This document shows positions 1 through 8,814 of a DNA stretch of 38,344 bases, in pieces. Location of the stretch: contig RDOA01000035.1 in NCBI GenBank assembly GCA_011364925.1, positions 1 through 38,344 of the forward strand, given 5' to 3'. Origin of the DNA: Promethearchaeota archaeon (GTDB taxonomy: Archaea > Asgardarchaeota > Lokiarchaeia > Sigyniarchaeales > SOKP01). Made by a program: the position numbers and the translations under genes. How positions within the stretch are numbered: position 1 is the first letter of the stretch; the number at the start of each line of letters is the position of its first letter. A model generated the notes under the pieces. The model was not told where the DNA came from. It made no database searches and saw nothing but the letters and a program-made list of their open reading frames with translations.

Positions 1-1187
1 TCAACTTTTTCTAAACTTGAATCAAAAGAGAGATTCGCTTCAGTTTTGTCCCAGAAACTACTAAATCGTAATGTAACATTTTTCAATAAAACTCCATCCC
101 CAATCTTTAGGACTTTTGATAACTCCTCCGCTTTTTCTCTCCAAGCAGTGACCCGGATGCTATCTGTGTCGTCACTTATCGTAAAACTTAATAAAGGCAC
201 TTCATCTCCAGATTTAAGGGTAACCTCTCTTAAATCATCAACTGTAGTTATTACGCCCTGAAATGAAGCATAATCCTTTTCATTTTGAACATCTTCAATT
301 TTTTCGATGAATTTTGCGTTTAAATCTAACTTTTTATCCAATTTAGTAATTTTCGTCGATGAAGTTGCGTGTACATCGATTCTATTCTCTGTAAAATTGC
401 TTTTTCTTGGATTTAAGTTTGTCAGTGAAATAAAATCTCCTTCTTCAATATTTTCAATCTTTTCGATATCGTCATTCCAGAAAGTAATTCTAATTTTGCC
501 TGTAGAATCTCTCAGTATTATTGAACTTACTCTACCAATTTGACCATCTTTTCTAGTGAATTCTTTTGAAGGGAAGCGATTCATAACCTTTCCTTCCGTT
601 GATGTAGACTCTAAATTTTCGGTGATGTCTTTTATCTTCACGAATTTATCTTTTATTTTTGGGTATTTTTTATAATCGACATCCTCAGGAGACAACATAA
701 TTTTACTAAATCTACCAATATGAACCTCTAATCCATTATTTCTTCCAGTCCTCGCAGTACCGTTAAGAATCTTAACGATTCCATTTTTTTCAAACCGATC
801 ATCGTTAAAAATACTTACTTGATCATCCCATAAAACAATTCGGATATCACCTGTATTATCATGGAGTAAAAATGATCCTACATATCCTGTTTCGCCATTA
901 TTTTTGTTAAAACTATTTACGTTGTAAATTTCTTTAATTCTTCCTATAATTACTATATTTTTCATGTTTAATGTAATATCCGATATGTTTAACTCTACTT
1001 CATCGAGCAGTTCTTGGTTTTCGCTTGTTACATCTACGCCTAACTCCTTTGCGATTACAAATAAAGCACCTTCGTCAGAGATTAAACCTTTTAATTCTTC
1101 TTTTTTCTCTTCTACTAAAGTTTGAATCTCATTTTTAGAAAGCCCAGTTTCTTCTACAATTTTCTTTATATAAGCTTCAGTTTTCAT
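1..1187 (-). CDS. rpa: Replication protein A large-subunit-like ssDNA-binding protein with multiple OB folds; 3'-partial, missing from the ORF track
   Basis: Manual translation from ATG at 1187: MKTEAYIKKIVEETGLSKNEIQTLVEEKKEELKGLISDEGALFVIAKELGVDV, the archaeal RPA/DUF2240-type N-terminus. Repeated OB-fold motifs follow (LHDNTGDIRIVLWD, LRDSTGKIRITFW, ISDDTDSIRVTAW). Still in frame at the window edge; GTG at 1196 is an alternative start. Confidence 0.9.
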   Translation of the reverse strand, partial: MKTEAYIKKIVEETGLSKNEIQTLVEEKKEELKGLISDEGALFVIAKELGVDVTSENQELLDEVELNISDITLNMKNIVIIGRIKEIYNVNSFNKNNGETGYVGSFLLHDNTGDIRIVLWDDQVSIFNDDRFEKNGIVKILNGTARTGRNNGLEVHIGRFSKIMLSPEDVDYKKYPKIKDKFVKIKDITENLESTSTEGKVMNRFPSKEFTRKDGQIGRVSSIILRDSTGKIRITFWNDDIEKIENIEEGDFISLTNLNPRKSNFTENRIDVHATSSTKITKLDKKLDLNAKFIEKIEDVQNEKDYASFQGVITTVDDLREVTLKSGDEVPLLSFTISDDTDSIRVTAWREKAEELSKVLKIGDGVLLKNVTLRFSSFWDKTEANLSFDSSLEKV

Positions 1188-1358
1188 TTCTTCCACTATA
1201 TATATAGTTTTGTCTATTCAAAATAAATTTAGAATTTATTCTTTAAAAATAAAATTATTTAATAATTAATTAATGACTATTTTAAAAAAAAAAGAGTATT
1301 TCATATCTGTAATTTGTCAATGTTTTTTTAATCCAAAATAAATAATTTTGTCGTAGCT

Positions 1359-2099
1359 ATGAAAAATTTCAAAATCATACCAGTAATTGACATCCTAAAT
1401 TCTAAGGCCGTTCACGCAATTAAGGGTGAACGAGAGAAATATAAACTTTTGAAATCGGTATTAGTAAATGAAACTGACCCGATAGAAATTGTTAGGCAAA
1501 TGAAGGATACATATTCAATTCCCGAAATATATATTGCGGATTTAGATGCGATACTCAAAGGAGAACCTAATTTTCATTTATTAGCCAAAATCTTTGAATT
1601 TCCTGAAATTAAGGTAATGCTTGATCCTGGTATAATACTAGTAAAAAGCATCCTTCAATATTCAACCTATAATTTAGGTTCATTAATTTTAGGTTTAGAA
1701 ACCATTCAAGATTTAAGTGTTATTTCTAGTTGCTTAGAAATCCTTGGCGTAGATAAAACGATTGTTAGTGTAGACATGTACAAAGAAAATATTCAAACTA
1801 ATATAAAAGAGATACAGCAACAAAATCCGATTGAAATAATTAAAAGAATTGAAGATTTAGGGGTAGAAAAAATAATTTTACTCGATCTTTATAAAGTTGG
1901 GCAAAAAATTGGCGGAATACCACCACTTTATCTAAAGATTAGAGAAAATTTCAGTGGGCAAATCATAGTAGGAGGTGGTATTAAGGACATTAAAGATATT
2001 GAATTATACATGGATAAAAATTTCTCAGGAGTCCTAATAGGAACAGCATTACATGACGGAACTATAGAAATCGAAAAATTAAAGATTTTTTATTTATAA
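1359..2099 (+). CDS. HisA/HisF-related TIM-barrel protein (hisAF-related family associated with methanofuran/H4MPT C1 cofactor gene sets)
   Basis: IIPVIDI..AVHA, YIADLDAI, IILLDL..VG, IIVGGGI and GVLIGTALH motifs; lies near mfnB rather than in a his operon. Confidence 0.75.
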   Translation: MKNFKIIPVIDILNSKAVHAIKGEREKYKLLKSVLVNETDPIEIVRQMKDTYSIPEIYIADLDAILKGEPNFHLLAKIFEFPEIKVMLDPGIILVKSILQYSTYNLGSLILGLETIQDLSVISSCLEILGVDKTIVSVDMYKENIQTNIKEIQQQNPIEIIKRIEDLGVEKIILLDLYKVGQKIGGIPPLYLKIRENFSGQIIVGGGIKDIKDIELYMDKNFSGVLIGTALHDGTIEIEKLKIFYL

Positions 2100-2109
2100 A
2101 CTAGTCAAG

Positions 2110-2640
2110 TTAATCAATAAAAACTACGCCAGAACCTGAAACATTCAAAGATTTTTTACATACAGGACATGCATGTTTCATTCTAACCCAATCTGTAAAG
2201 TGATCCTTATGAGCTTTCGCTTCACAAATTGGACACCCCGCTACTTCATCAAAAATTTCAATATTCTTTCCGCAAACAGCACATTTTGTTTTCGATGCCG
2301 TAGAGATTTTAATCGTCTCTTTCTTAATGTCAAGTACGACGCTATCAGTATTTTCAGCAGTAGGATTAATCTGTTTTAATTCAGTTTTCGTATCAACACA
2401 GAAGATAGTTCCTTCACTATCGTCCTTCCGATTTCCAATCCAAACTACTTTTCCCTTGAAATAACTGGAACCTTCATTTTCTAACGAAAGGTTTAATCTT
2501 CGATCTTCCATTACAAATGTTTGAATTACTTTAGTGTATTTTAATCCATCTAAATGTGAGGATATCTGTTTAATTACATCAAATGGTTCTTTAAATACAT
2601 CATCTGTTATGTCTACTTTCGTGATTTCTTTCGGGGACAT
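2110..2640 (-). CDS. Protein with C-terminal RING-like zinc finger
   Basis: C-terminal CAVC-x12-CPIC-x4-HKDH-x3-W-x6-CPVC; the W and CPxC are typical of RING E3 fingers. Confidence 0.7.
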   Translation of the reverse strand: MSPKEITKVDITDDVFKEPFDVIKQISSHLDGLKYTKVIQTFVMEDRRLNLSLENEGSSYFKGKVVWIGNRKDDSEGTIFCVDTKTELKQINPTAENTDSVVLDIKKETIKISTASKTKCAVCGKNIEIFDEVAGCPICEAKAHKDHFTDWVRMKHACPVCKKSLNVSGSGVVFID

Positions 2641-2843
2641 AATACATACATAATTTTTTTGATATTTAATAATAATTATATAATTTAAATTTTTATATCA
2701 TAAGGTTCTCCACAAATTTTGATTTATTTACGTTAATCTTAAAACCCAAGAAATTTTATAGCTTAATAAATAAACTATCTATTAGTAAAATATTCTCTTC
2801 TCTATTATGTTCAAATTCTAATCATTCACACACTCCATAAATT

Positions 2844-3578
2844 ATGCAGAAAAGGATCAAACTGTTGGTTAGCCCTAAAAACTTGGATGAAGCTAAAGTT
2901 GTAATCAGACACAACGAGGTTGATTATATCGACTGTAAGAATCCAAGCGAAGGATCTCTTGGAGCAAATTTTCCATGGATTATCAAAAGCATGAAGAATT
3001 TAATTCCATCAAATAGCTCTCAATTACTTAGCGCAACAATTGGAGATTTTCCTAATTTACCCGGTTCTGCATCATTAGCAGCTCTGGGTGCTGTGGTGGC
3101 TGGTGCAGATATTATCAAAGTAGGACTTAAAGGACCGAATACAGAAGAAGAAGGAATTTTTTTAATGGAAAAAGTAGTAAAAACAGTTAAAGACCATAAC
3201 AAAAATATAAAAATCGTAGTAGCTGGTTATGCTGACAAGATACGGATGGAAAGTTCCCCAGAATTTTTATCTCTTCCTACCATCGCAGCTGAGTCTGGCG
3301 CTGACATCGTTATGCTTGATACATTTATAAAAGACAGCAAAAATTTATTTGACTTTCTCAAAGTAAGCCAATTGAAACTATTTAAAAATAAAGCAAAAGA
3401 ATTTGGTCTCGAAGTTGCGCTTGCAGGAAAATTAAGCAAACATTTGCTCCCTAAAGTTAAAGAAATCTGCCCAGATATTATTGGCGTACGAAGCATGGTT
3501 TGTGAAGGTTTCGATAGAAATAACGGAATGATTAAAGACGCTCTCATAAAAGATTTAAATGAAGAATTAAATGCCTAG
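2844..3578 (+). CDS. mfnB: (5-formylfuran-3-yl)methyl phosphate synthase, methanofuran biosynthesis
   Basis: LLVSP, IDCKNPSEGSLGANFPW, SATIGD, ADIIKVGL, MLDT, ALAG and DIIGVRSMVC motifs of the MJ1099/DUF556 family. Confidence 0.92.
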   Translation: MQKRIKLLVSPKNLDEAKVVIRHNEVDYIDCKNPSEGSLGANFPWIIKSMKNLIPSNSSQLLSATIGDFPNLPGSASLAALGAVVAGADIIKVGLKGPNTEEEGIFLMEKVVKTVKDHNKNIKIVVAGYADKIRMESSPEFLSLPTIAAESGADIVMLDTFIKDSKNLFDFLKVSQLKLFKNKAKEFGLEVALAGKLSKHLLPKVKEICPDIIGVRSMVCEGFDRNNGMIKDALIKDLNEELNA

Positions 3579-3686
3579 GGGTAATTAAATCAAATATCAA
3601 AAAATTAATCCATTCTATCTACTCTGTTTACCTTTTTTTAGTTTATTTTAATAACATTATTTTGGTTACATTGATAAACTCTTAAT

Positions 3687-4526
3687 ATGTATAAGAAAGA
3701 ATTAGGAATCATTGGAACTGGAAAAATTGGTTCTGCCTTATTAAGAAGGTTGATTTCGACTAATACAATTGATCGAAGTAAAATAATTATCTTTGATATC
3801 GACGAAGATAAACGGAATAAGTTGTCCGAGGAATATAAAGTCGAGATCGCTCTAAACAATAAAGAATTAGTAAGATCCTCTCAATATGTTTTAATAGCTA
3901 TAATCCCCCAAGTTATAGATTCTGTCTTAAAGGAAATTGGCTCACACATCACAAACGAACAAGTATTAATATCGATTGCTGCTGGAGTTTCCTTTAAACA
4001 CATTAATAATTTTATAAATCCTGATGTGGGATTAATAAGAATAATGACAAATACTCCAGCGCTTATTGGTGCTGCAGCTACAGCAATAGCTCATAATGAA
4101 TACATCAAAGATTTTCAAATAGAATATGTTAAACGATTATTTAGTGCCGTAGGAATGGTTGTCGATTTAGAAGAAAGGCATTTGGATGCGGTAACCGGTT
4201 TATCTGGGAGTGGCCCCGCATACATCTTCATTATAATTGAAGCACTAGCAGATGGGGGTGTTAAAATGGGTCTACCTAGGAGCATCGCTTTAAAACTAGC
4301 GGCTCAAACCCTTTTAGGCTCAGCAAAACTTCTGTTAGAAACGGATATACACCCCGCAGCACTGAAAGATATGGTCGCCACCCCCGGAGGAACGACTATA
4401 ACCGCGATACACGAACTTGAGTCAGCAAAATTAAGAGCAACTCTAATTAGAGCAGTGGAAGCTGCGACATTAAAATCAAAATCATTAAATTCGGCTAAAA
4501 ATAACCATAATTCGGGTGATTTTTAA
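3687..4526 (+). CDS. proC: Pyrroline-5-carboxylate reductase
   Basis: GxGxxG, ISIAAG, TGLSGSGPAY and VATPGGTT motifs. Confidence 0.95.
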   Translation: MYKKELGIIGTGKIGSALLRRLISTNTIDRSKIIIFDIDEDKRNKLSEEYKVEIALNNKELVRSSQYVLIAIIPQVIDSVLKEIGSHITNEQVLISIAAGVSFKHINNFINPDVGLIRIMTNTPALIGAAATAIAHNEYIKDFQIEYVKRLFSAVGMVVDLEERHLDAVTGLSGSGPAYIFIIIEALADGGVKMGLPRSIALKLAAQTLLGSAKLLLETDIHPAALKDMVATPGGTTITAIHELESAKLRATLIRAVEAATLKSKSLNSAKNNHNSGDF

Positions 4527-4677
4527 TTTATTATTATTACTCTTTTAAATTTTTAGGGGTTTAAATAAGCGTTGTATAAGCATAAATTGTTTACATATAA
4601 AAGTTGAATAATAAAAAATTAAGTTATAGCAAAATAATGCTCTAATTTCTTACATTTTACCAATAAAGTGAGAAAAT

Positions 4678-4707
4678 ATGCCAGGACATAATCAAATTTT
4701 TCCATAA
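4678..4707 (+). CDS. Micropeptide copy 1, MPGHNQIFP (9 aa; most divergent copy)
   Basis: ATG CCA GGA CAT AAT CAA ATT TTT CCA TAA. AAAGTGA lies 6 nt upstream; same length and M-P-G...hydrophobic-P-stop pattern as three other intergenic ORFs. Confidence 0.65.
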   Translation: MPGHNQIFP

Positions 4708-4751
4708 ATGATGATCGCAAGTTGACCATCATATATTTTCTTTTCTTTTTT
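4708..4751 (+). terminator. Hairpin plus T tract after micropeptide copy 1
   Basis: ATGATGATC (4708-4716) pairs with GACCATCAT (4724-4732), 8 of 9 pairs, followed by TTTTCTTTTCTTTTTT. Confidence 0.55.
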
Positions 4752-4881
4752 CATTGAACTTTATAAGCTGATATTTCTTAGTTCTTCCGATTTAGTTGAT
4801 GTTTAAATAAATAGGCGTTAAATTCTGCTAAAATATACAATTTAAAGAATAATTTTTTTATATATTGTCGATTTCCTTTAA

Positions 4882-6099
4882 ATGTTTAAAATGGTAAACA
4901 TTACCAAGTTTGGAGAAGAATATTTGCTTTTAGCACTTCGGATTGGTAAACATATTAAAGGGTATGTTGATTTTTATATCGGTCCAAGAATTTTACAAGA
5001 TCGTGTTAATATTGAGGGCCTAGCTTCACCAAACAGACTTTTAACAGACTGTAAGAATCTTCAAAACAATTTGTTCGTTCAAGGCTATGACAAAAACCGT
5101 GAAAGATATTTAGAAAAAATGTTAATTGCTATGTCAACAACAATAGAATCATTAATCCATACAAATATACCTATTGAGGAGCAATTCTTAAGGTTGTATG
5201 ATGTTGTTTTACACCCAGTTAACGAGGTTGAGTTGGAGAATTTAAAAGAAGAAGTAGACGAAGCATATAAAGGTCAAGGAAGTCTTGAAGAAAGATTCGA
5301 AAGGTTAAGGTTAAAACGAAAAGTTCCAAAAGACAAGGTCTTCACATTTTTTAAAAGAGCTCTTAATATAACAGAAAATCGAACTGAAGAATTGTTTATT
5401 GATCTATTACCTAAAAATCAACAAATTTCGTTAGAGCTTACAAAAGATGAGCGTGAAGACAATATAAAATGGACATGTTATGAATGGTATTTAGGCAAAT
5501 GTCGTAGTCGATTAGTGGTTAATCCGAAATTTGATTTGTACTGGACAAATTTATTAACATTGTGCGCTCATGAAGGATACCCAGGACATCATACAGAATT
5601 TTCTTTAAAAGAATTAAAACTGTATCACGACTTAAATCAATTCGAACATTCAGTTTTACTCATAAATTCTCCTAAATTAATAATAAGTGAAGGAATAGCG
5701 GATCTTGCCGTAAATGTGCTTTTTTCTTATCGAGATCAAGTAGAAATTGGATTGAACGAATTTAGTCTAGATTTATTTAATGATGATCCTCTTGAAGTTA
5801 TGATTGCACAATATCGGTTAAAGCATAAAGTTTCAAGTTTTTGGTACAATTTTGCTTATCATGCTCTCATTGATAATTACACCGATGAGGAATTAATTAG
5901 CTATGGTAAATATTACGAGATTTTTAGTGAGAATACCCTAAGAAATCAAATAAAAAGATTAAATGATCCTGTATATTCAGTAAATTCTTTTACATATAAC
6001 CTAGGGATGAATATTATAAAAAAGAGGTATGGAGAGTTCCCTTCAGCCAAAAATTTTCGAACTCTATTGATTAATCCAATATTACCATCTGACTTGTAA
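4882..6099 (+). CDS. DUF885-like HExxH zinc metallopeptidase (short form, no obvious signal peptide)
   Basis: AHEGYPGHH motif, downstream SEGIA (third-ligand Glu) and C-terminal TYNLG motif, matching the DUF885 pattern. Confidence 0.75.
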   Translation: MFKMVNITKFGEEYLLLALRIGKHIKGYVDFYIGPRILQDRVNIEGLASPNRLLTDCKNLQNNLFVQGYDKNRERYLEKMLIAMSTTIESLIHTNIPIEEQFLRLYDVVLHPVNEVELENLKEEVDEAYKGQGSLEERFERLRLKRKVPKDKVFTFFKRALNITENRTEELFIDLLPKNQQISLELTKDEREDNIKWTCYEWYLGKCRSRLVVNPKFDLYWTNLLTLCAHEGYPGHHTEFSLKELKLYHDLNQFEHSVLLINSPKLIISEGIADLAVNVLFSYRDQVEIGLNEFSLDLFNDDPLEVMIAQYRLKHKVSSFWYNFAYHALIDNYTDEELISYGKYYEIFSENTLRNQIKRLNDPVYSVNSFTYNLGMNIIKKRYGEFPSAKNFRTLLINPILPSDL

Positions 6100-6306
6100 T
6101 AGATATATCAAAATGCTAATTTCAGTTTTACCACTGTTTTGCCAAACTTATATTTCATTTTCATTGATCTCATACTATTTTTTCGTATTTTAAATAATTA
6201 ATTTAAATTATAAAATTGAGTGAAGAAAAAATAGGGAAGTAAAATCGAAAATCGTATAAATTAATTAGATCTCTTCATAGTTTTAAAATCTAAAGGAGTG
6301 ATTAAA

Positions 6307-6336
6307 TTGCCTGGTGACGATGGTACATTACCATAA
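6307..6336 (+). CDS. Micropeptide copy 2, MPGDDGTLP (9 aa, TTG start)
   Basis: TTG CCT GGT GAC GAT GGT ACA TTA CCA TAA. AAAGGAGTGA lies 5 nt upstream; TATA-like GTATAAAT about 50 nt upstream. Confidence 0.75.
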   Translation: MPGDDGTLP

Positions 6337-6339
6337 TTC

Positions 6340-6403
6340 GGTGTTATAAGAGTGATTTAGATTGACACTCTTATTTATACGCCTCTTATTTTTCATTTTT
6401 TTT
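6340..6403 (+). terminator. Hairpin plus T tract after micropeptide copy 2
   Basis: Perfect 9-bp stem ATAAGAGTG (6346-6354)/CACTCTTAT (6366-6374), outer GGTGT/ACGCC, then a T tract. Confidence 0.65.
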
Positions 6404-6542
6404 ATAAAAAGTCATAATCATTAATTTCCAACTATTTCTAGGAGTTTAAATATTGAATTTGATACATATGATGAGTGTAGAAAGAATATAATACTTCTAT
6501 TCTATATTCAGTTAGTTTCAAGATTTAAAAAGAGTGATAAAG

Positions 6543-6572
6543 ATGCCTGGTGATACGGGTACTATACCTTAA
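6543..6572 (+). CDS. Micropeptide copy 3, MPGDTGTIP (9 aa)
   Basis: ATG CCT GGT GAT ACG GGT ACT ATA CCT TAA. AGAGTGA lies 5 nt upstream; BRE/TATA-like GAAAGAATATAATA about 55 nt upstream. Confidence 0.78.
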   Translation: MPGDTGTIP

Positions 6573-6581
6573 ATTAGCACC

Positions 6582-6644
6582 GCTTAGTAGAGCAGTTCAC
6601 GTGAATGCTCATTTTAAGCTTATTCTTTACTTTTTTCTTTTTTT
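6582..6644 (+). terminator. Hairpin plus T tract after micropeptide copy 3
   Basis: GAGCA (6590-6594)/TGCTC (6606-6610) enclosing palindrome TTCACGTGAA, outer GCTTA/TAAGC, then a T tract. It might also serve the convergent pantoate kinase gene. Confidence 0.6.
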
Positions 6645-6662
6645 ATAAGAAACAATATACTA

Positions 6663-7628
6663 TTACGACTTTACATTAAACTTGATAGTCTGGTTATCTT
6701 TAATTTTTAGATCAAATGTCTTAATTTCAGGCTTGTATGTGTTATAGACTTCAAATACTTTCTTTTCCTTTCCCTTTTTACAGAATACATAAACAGAGCG
6801 ACCTAACTGATTCATACTAGCACCTATAATATCCAGTTTGTATAATTCAATTAACAAATCCTCAATTTTATCCAAATGCAAAATTTCTAATATTTGTGTA
6901 TCTTGTACAAACTTTTTTGACACTTTAATAAAATTCTTGTAATTAGGTTTTAATAATAAACTATTCAAAGCAAATTTACCTGCCTGTTTTATCTTTGAAC
7001 TGAGGTATTCATCTGATAATATCGATTTGGTTTTTATTGGTCCAAAAGAACCACAAATAACTAAGAGATCCTCTGGACTCTTTAACCGTTCCTGCTTACA
7101 AGGATAACCAGGTTCCTTCAAAACACATAAACCACCTCCTAATTGCCCACAAACTGTCCCTAAACCTGTCTTATTCACAACCTCAGCAATATGAGCAATC
7201 CTTCCACATTCTAAATTCGTTAACTTTAAGTTCAATAATTTATTCAGTCCAAAAATCGTTCCTAATGCACCTGAACCACTAGCGCCATACCCACAACCAA
7301 CGGGAAGGTCAAAAAGGTGTTCTATTTTTACATTTATCGGGTGATCTATCAGCTTATTAACATAATTGAATATAAAATAAGTTGTCTCTGCTTTCTTATC
7401 CAATTTTTCTTCGTTGATATAAATAGTACACTGACTTTCCTCGCCCATTTCAAGTTTTTCATAGGATACTGCTGTTGTTCCTACTCCACTTACGTTAAAT
7501 CCAGCACCTCGAGAGCCGATCTTTTCCGGATTTGTAATAGGAACCCCATTTTCTTTATCTACGATTTCAAAAAAACCCGAAATGCGATGGGGAACTTCAA
7601 CGATAATTTTATTCTTACTGTTTACCAT
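6663..7628 (-). CDS. Pantoate kinase (GHMP kinase family), archaeal CoA pathway
   Basis: PHRISGFF, GSRGAG, LPVGCGYGASGSGAL, AHIAEV..KTGLG and ASMNQLG motifs. Confidence 0.88.
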   Translation of the reverse strand: MVNSKNKIIVEVPHRISGFFEIVDKENGVPITNPEKIGSRGAGFNVSGVGTTAVSYEKLEMGEESQCTIYINEEKLDKKAETTYFIFNYVNKLIDHPINVKIEHLFDLPVGCGYGASGSGALGTIFGLNKLLNLKLTNLECGRIAHIAEVVNKTGLGTVCGQLGGGLCVLKEPGYPCKQERLKSPEDLLVICGSFGPIKTKSILSDEYLSSKIKQAGKFALNSLLLKPNYKNFIKVSKKFVQDTQILEILHLDKIEDLLIELYKLDIIGASMNQLGRSVYVFCKKGKEKKVFEVYNTYKPEIKTFDLKIKDNQTIKFNVKS

Positions 7629-7701
7629 ATCCCGTAAAAATTTACACCATGCAATTTAATTATATGTATAATTAAAAAATAAAAGTCAATTATAGTTTAT
7701 T

Positions 7702-8409
7702 ATGACTAAGAATATTGTGATCAAGTTTGGGGGCTCTCTTCTCTTTTCTGAGGGGGGAATAATAAATTCTCAAAAAATCACTGAATTTTGCAATACTATT
7801 AAACATAAGAATGATTACAACTCAATTGTAATTGTATGTGGAGGGGGAACTATAGCTCGACAATATATTAGAGCAATTAGAGACCTTACTGGCAACGAAG
7901 TATTGTGTGATTTGGTAGGAATTGAAATATCTCGCGTAAACTCAAGATTATTTATTGCTGAAATGAAGGGATTAGCGTATCCTCAAGTTCCGACATCATT
8001 CGAAGAACTCTCACTTGCACTTGGAACACATAAAATAACAATAATGGGAGGTTTACAGCCGGGACAATCAACTACATCAGTAGCTATGACCGTTGCAGAT
8101 TATTTAAAAGCAGAAAAATTAGTTATTCTTACAGATGTCGACGGTATATACGATAAAGATCCAGATCTTCATAAAGATGCGAAATTAATGGAGACAATCT
8201 CGTACGATTCCTTACAAAAATTAATCTTAGACTCATCAGCAGATACGCAAGCTTCTGCTGGAGAATATCGAATTTTCGACGCAGTATCTTTACAAATTTT
8301 AAAGAGAAGTAGAATTAAAGTAATTGTAATGTCGGGAAAAAACCTTTCTCAATTCCAAAAATTATGGAATAACGAAAAACAGTTTATTGGCACGACAATA
8401 TCAAAATAA
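7702..8409 (+). CDS. pyrH: Uridylate kinase (archaeal type)
   Basis: VIKFGGS, CGGGTIARQYI, MGGLQPGQSTT and TDVDGIYDKDP motifs. Confidence 0.93.
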   Translation: MTKNIVIKFGGSLLFSEGGIINSQKITEFCNTIKHKNDYNSIVIVCGGGTIARQYIRAIRDLTGNEVLCDLVGIEISRVNSRLFIAEMKGLAYPQVPTSFEELSLALGTHKITIMGGLQPGQSTTSVAMTVADYLKAEKLVILTDVDGIYDKDPDLHKDAKLMETISYDSLQKLILDSSADTQASAGEYRIFDAVSLQILKRSRIKVIVMSGKNLSQFQKLWNNEKQFIGTTISK

Positions 8410-8487
8410 GTTTTTAAATAATAAATTATTAAAATTTGCTACAATTTACTAGCATAGTTGAAAACTTCATAAATAAGAGAAAAAAGC

Positions 8488-8721
8488 ATGTCTCAATCTA
8501 CATGGAAAGATCAAATCAAGAAAAAATGGGGACCGCATAGTCATTGTCCAATCTGCGGAAAAGCTATGCCAATGGACAAACAATTTTGTAGTCAAAATTG
8601 CCGAGATAATTACTACGCAAGCCAAAAAAAACAGAAGAAAAAAAGTAGAATTCAAATGTTAGTTATGGTTGGCATGATGGCTGTTTTAATGGTGTTTCTG
8701 TTATTTTCTTCTGGATTTTAA
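8488..8721 (+). CDS. DUF2116-like Zn-ribbon membrane protein
   Basis: PHSHCPICGKAMP....FCSQNC, a basic stretch and a C-terminal hydrophobic helix. Confidence 0.85.
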   Translation: MSQSTWKDQIKKKWGPHSHCPICGKAMPMDKQFCSQNCRDNYYASQKKQKKKSRIQMLVMVGMMAVLMVFLLFSSGF

Positions 8722-8814
8722 TGTTGAACTAACTATTTATAATTTTGTAACTGTAAAACATAAAAAACAAAATATTAAAAGTTAAATTAGAGTCAAAAAA
8801 TTTTAAAATACTTA

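Noticed and set aside
46-543. + strand ORFs 46-261 and 307-543
   Set aside because: Antisense shadows of the RPA gene on the minus strand.
4708-4771. C/D box sRNA (ATGATGA at 4708 with CTGA near 4768; ATGATGA also near 6468)
   Set aside because: The interior is a long T tract with no C'/D' boxes, the C-like box is within a hairpin stem, and the second site has no D box.
6295-6572. MPG units as a CRISPR array, MITE or operator repeat
   Set aside because: Irregular spacing, no cas genes, no terminal inverted repeats or target duplications; variation follows codon structure.
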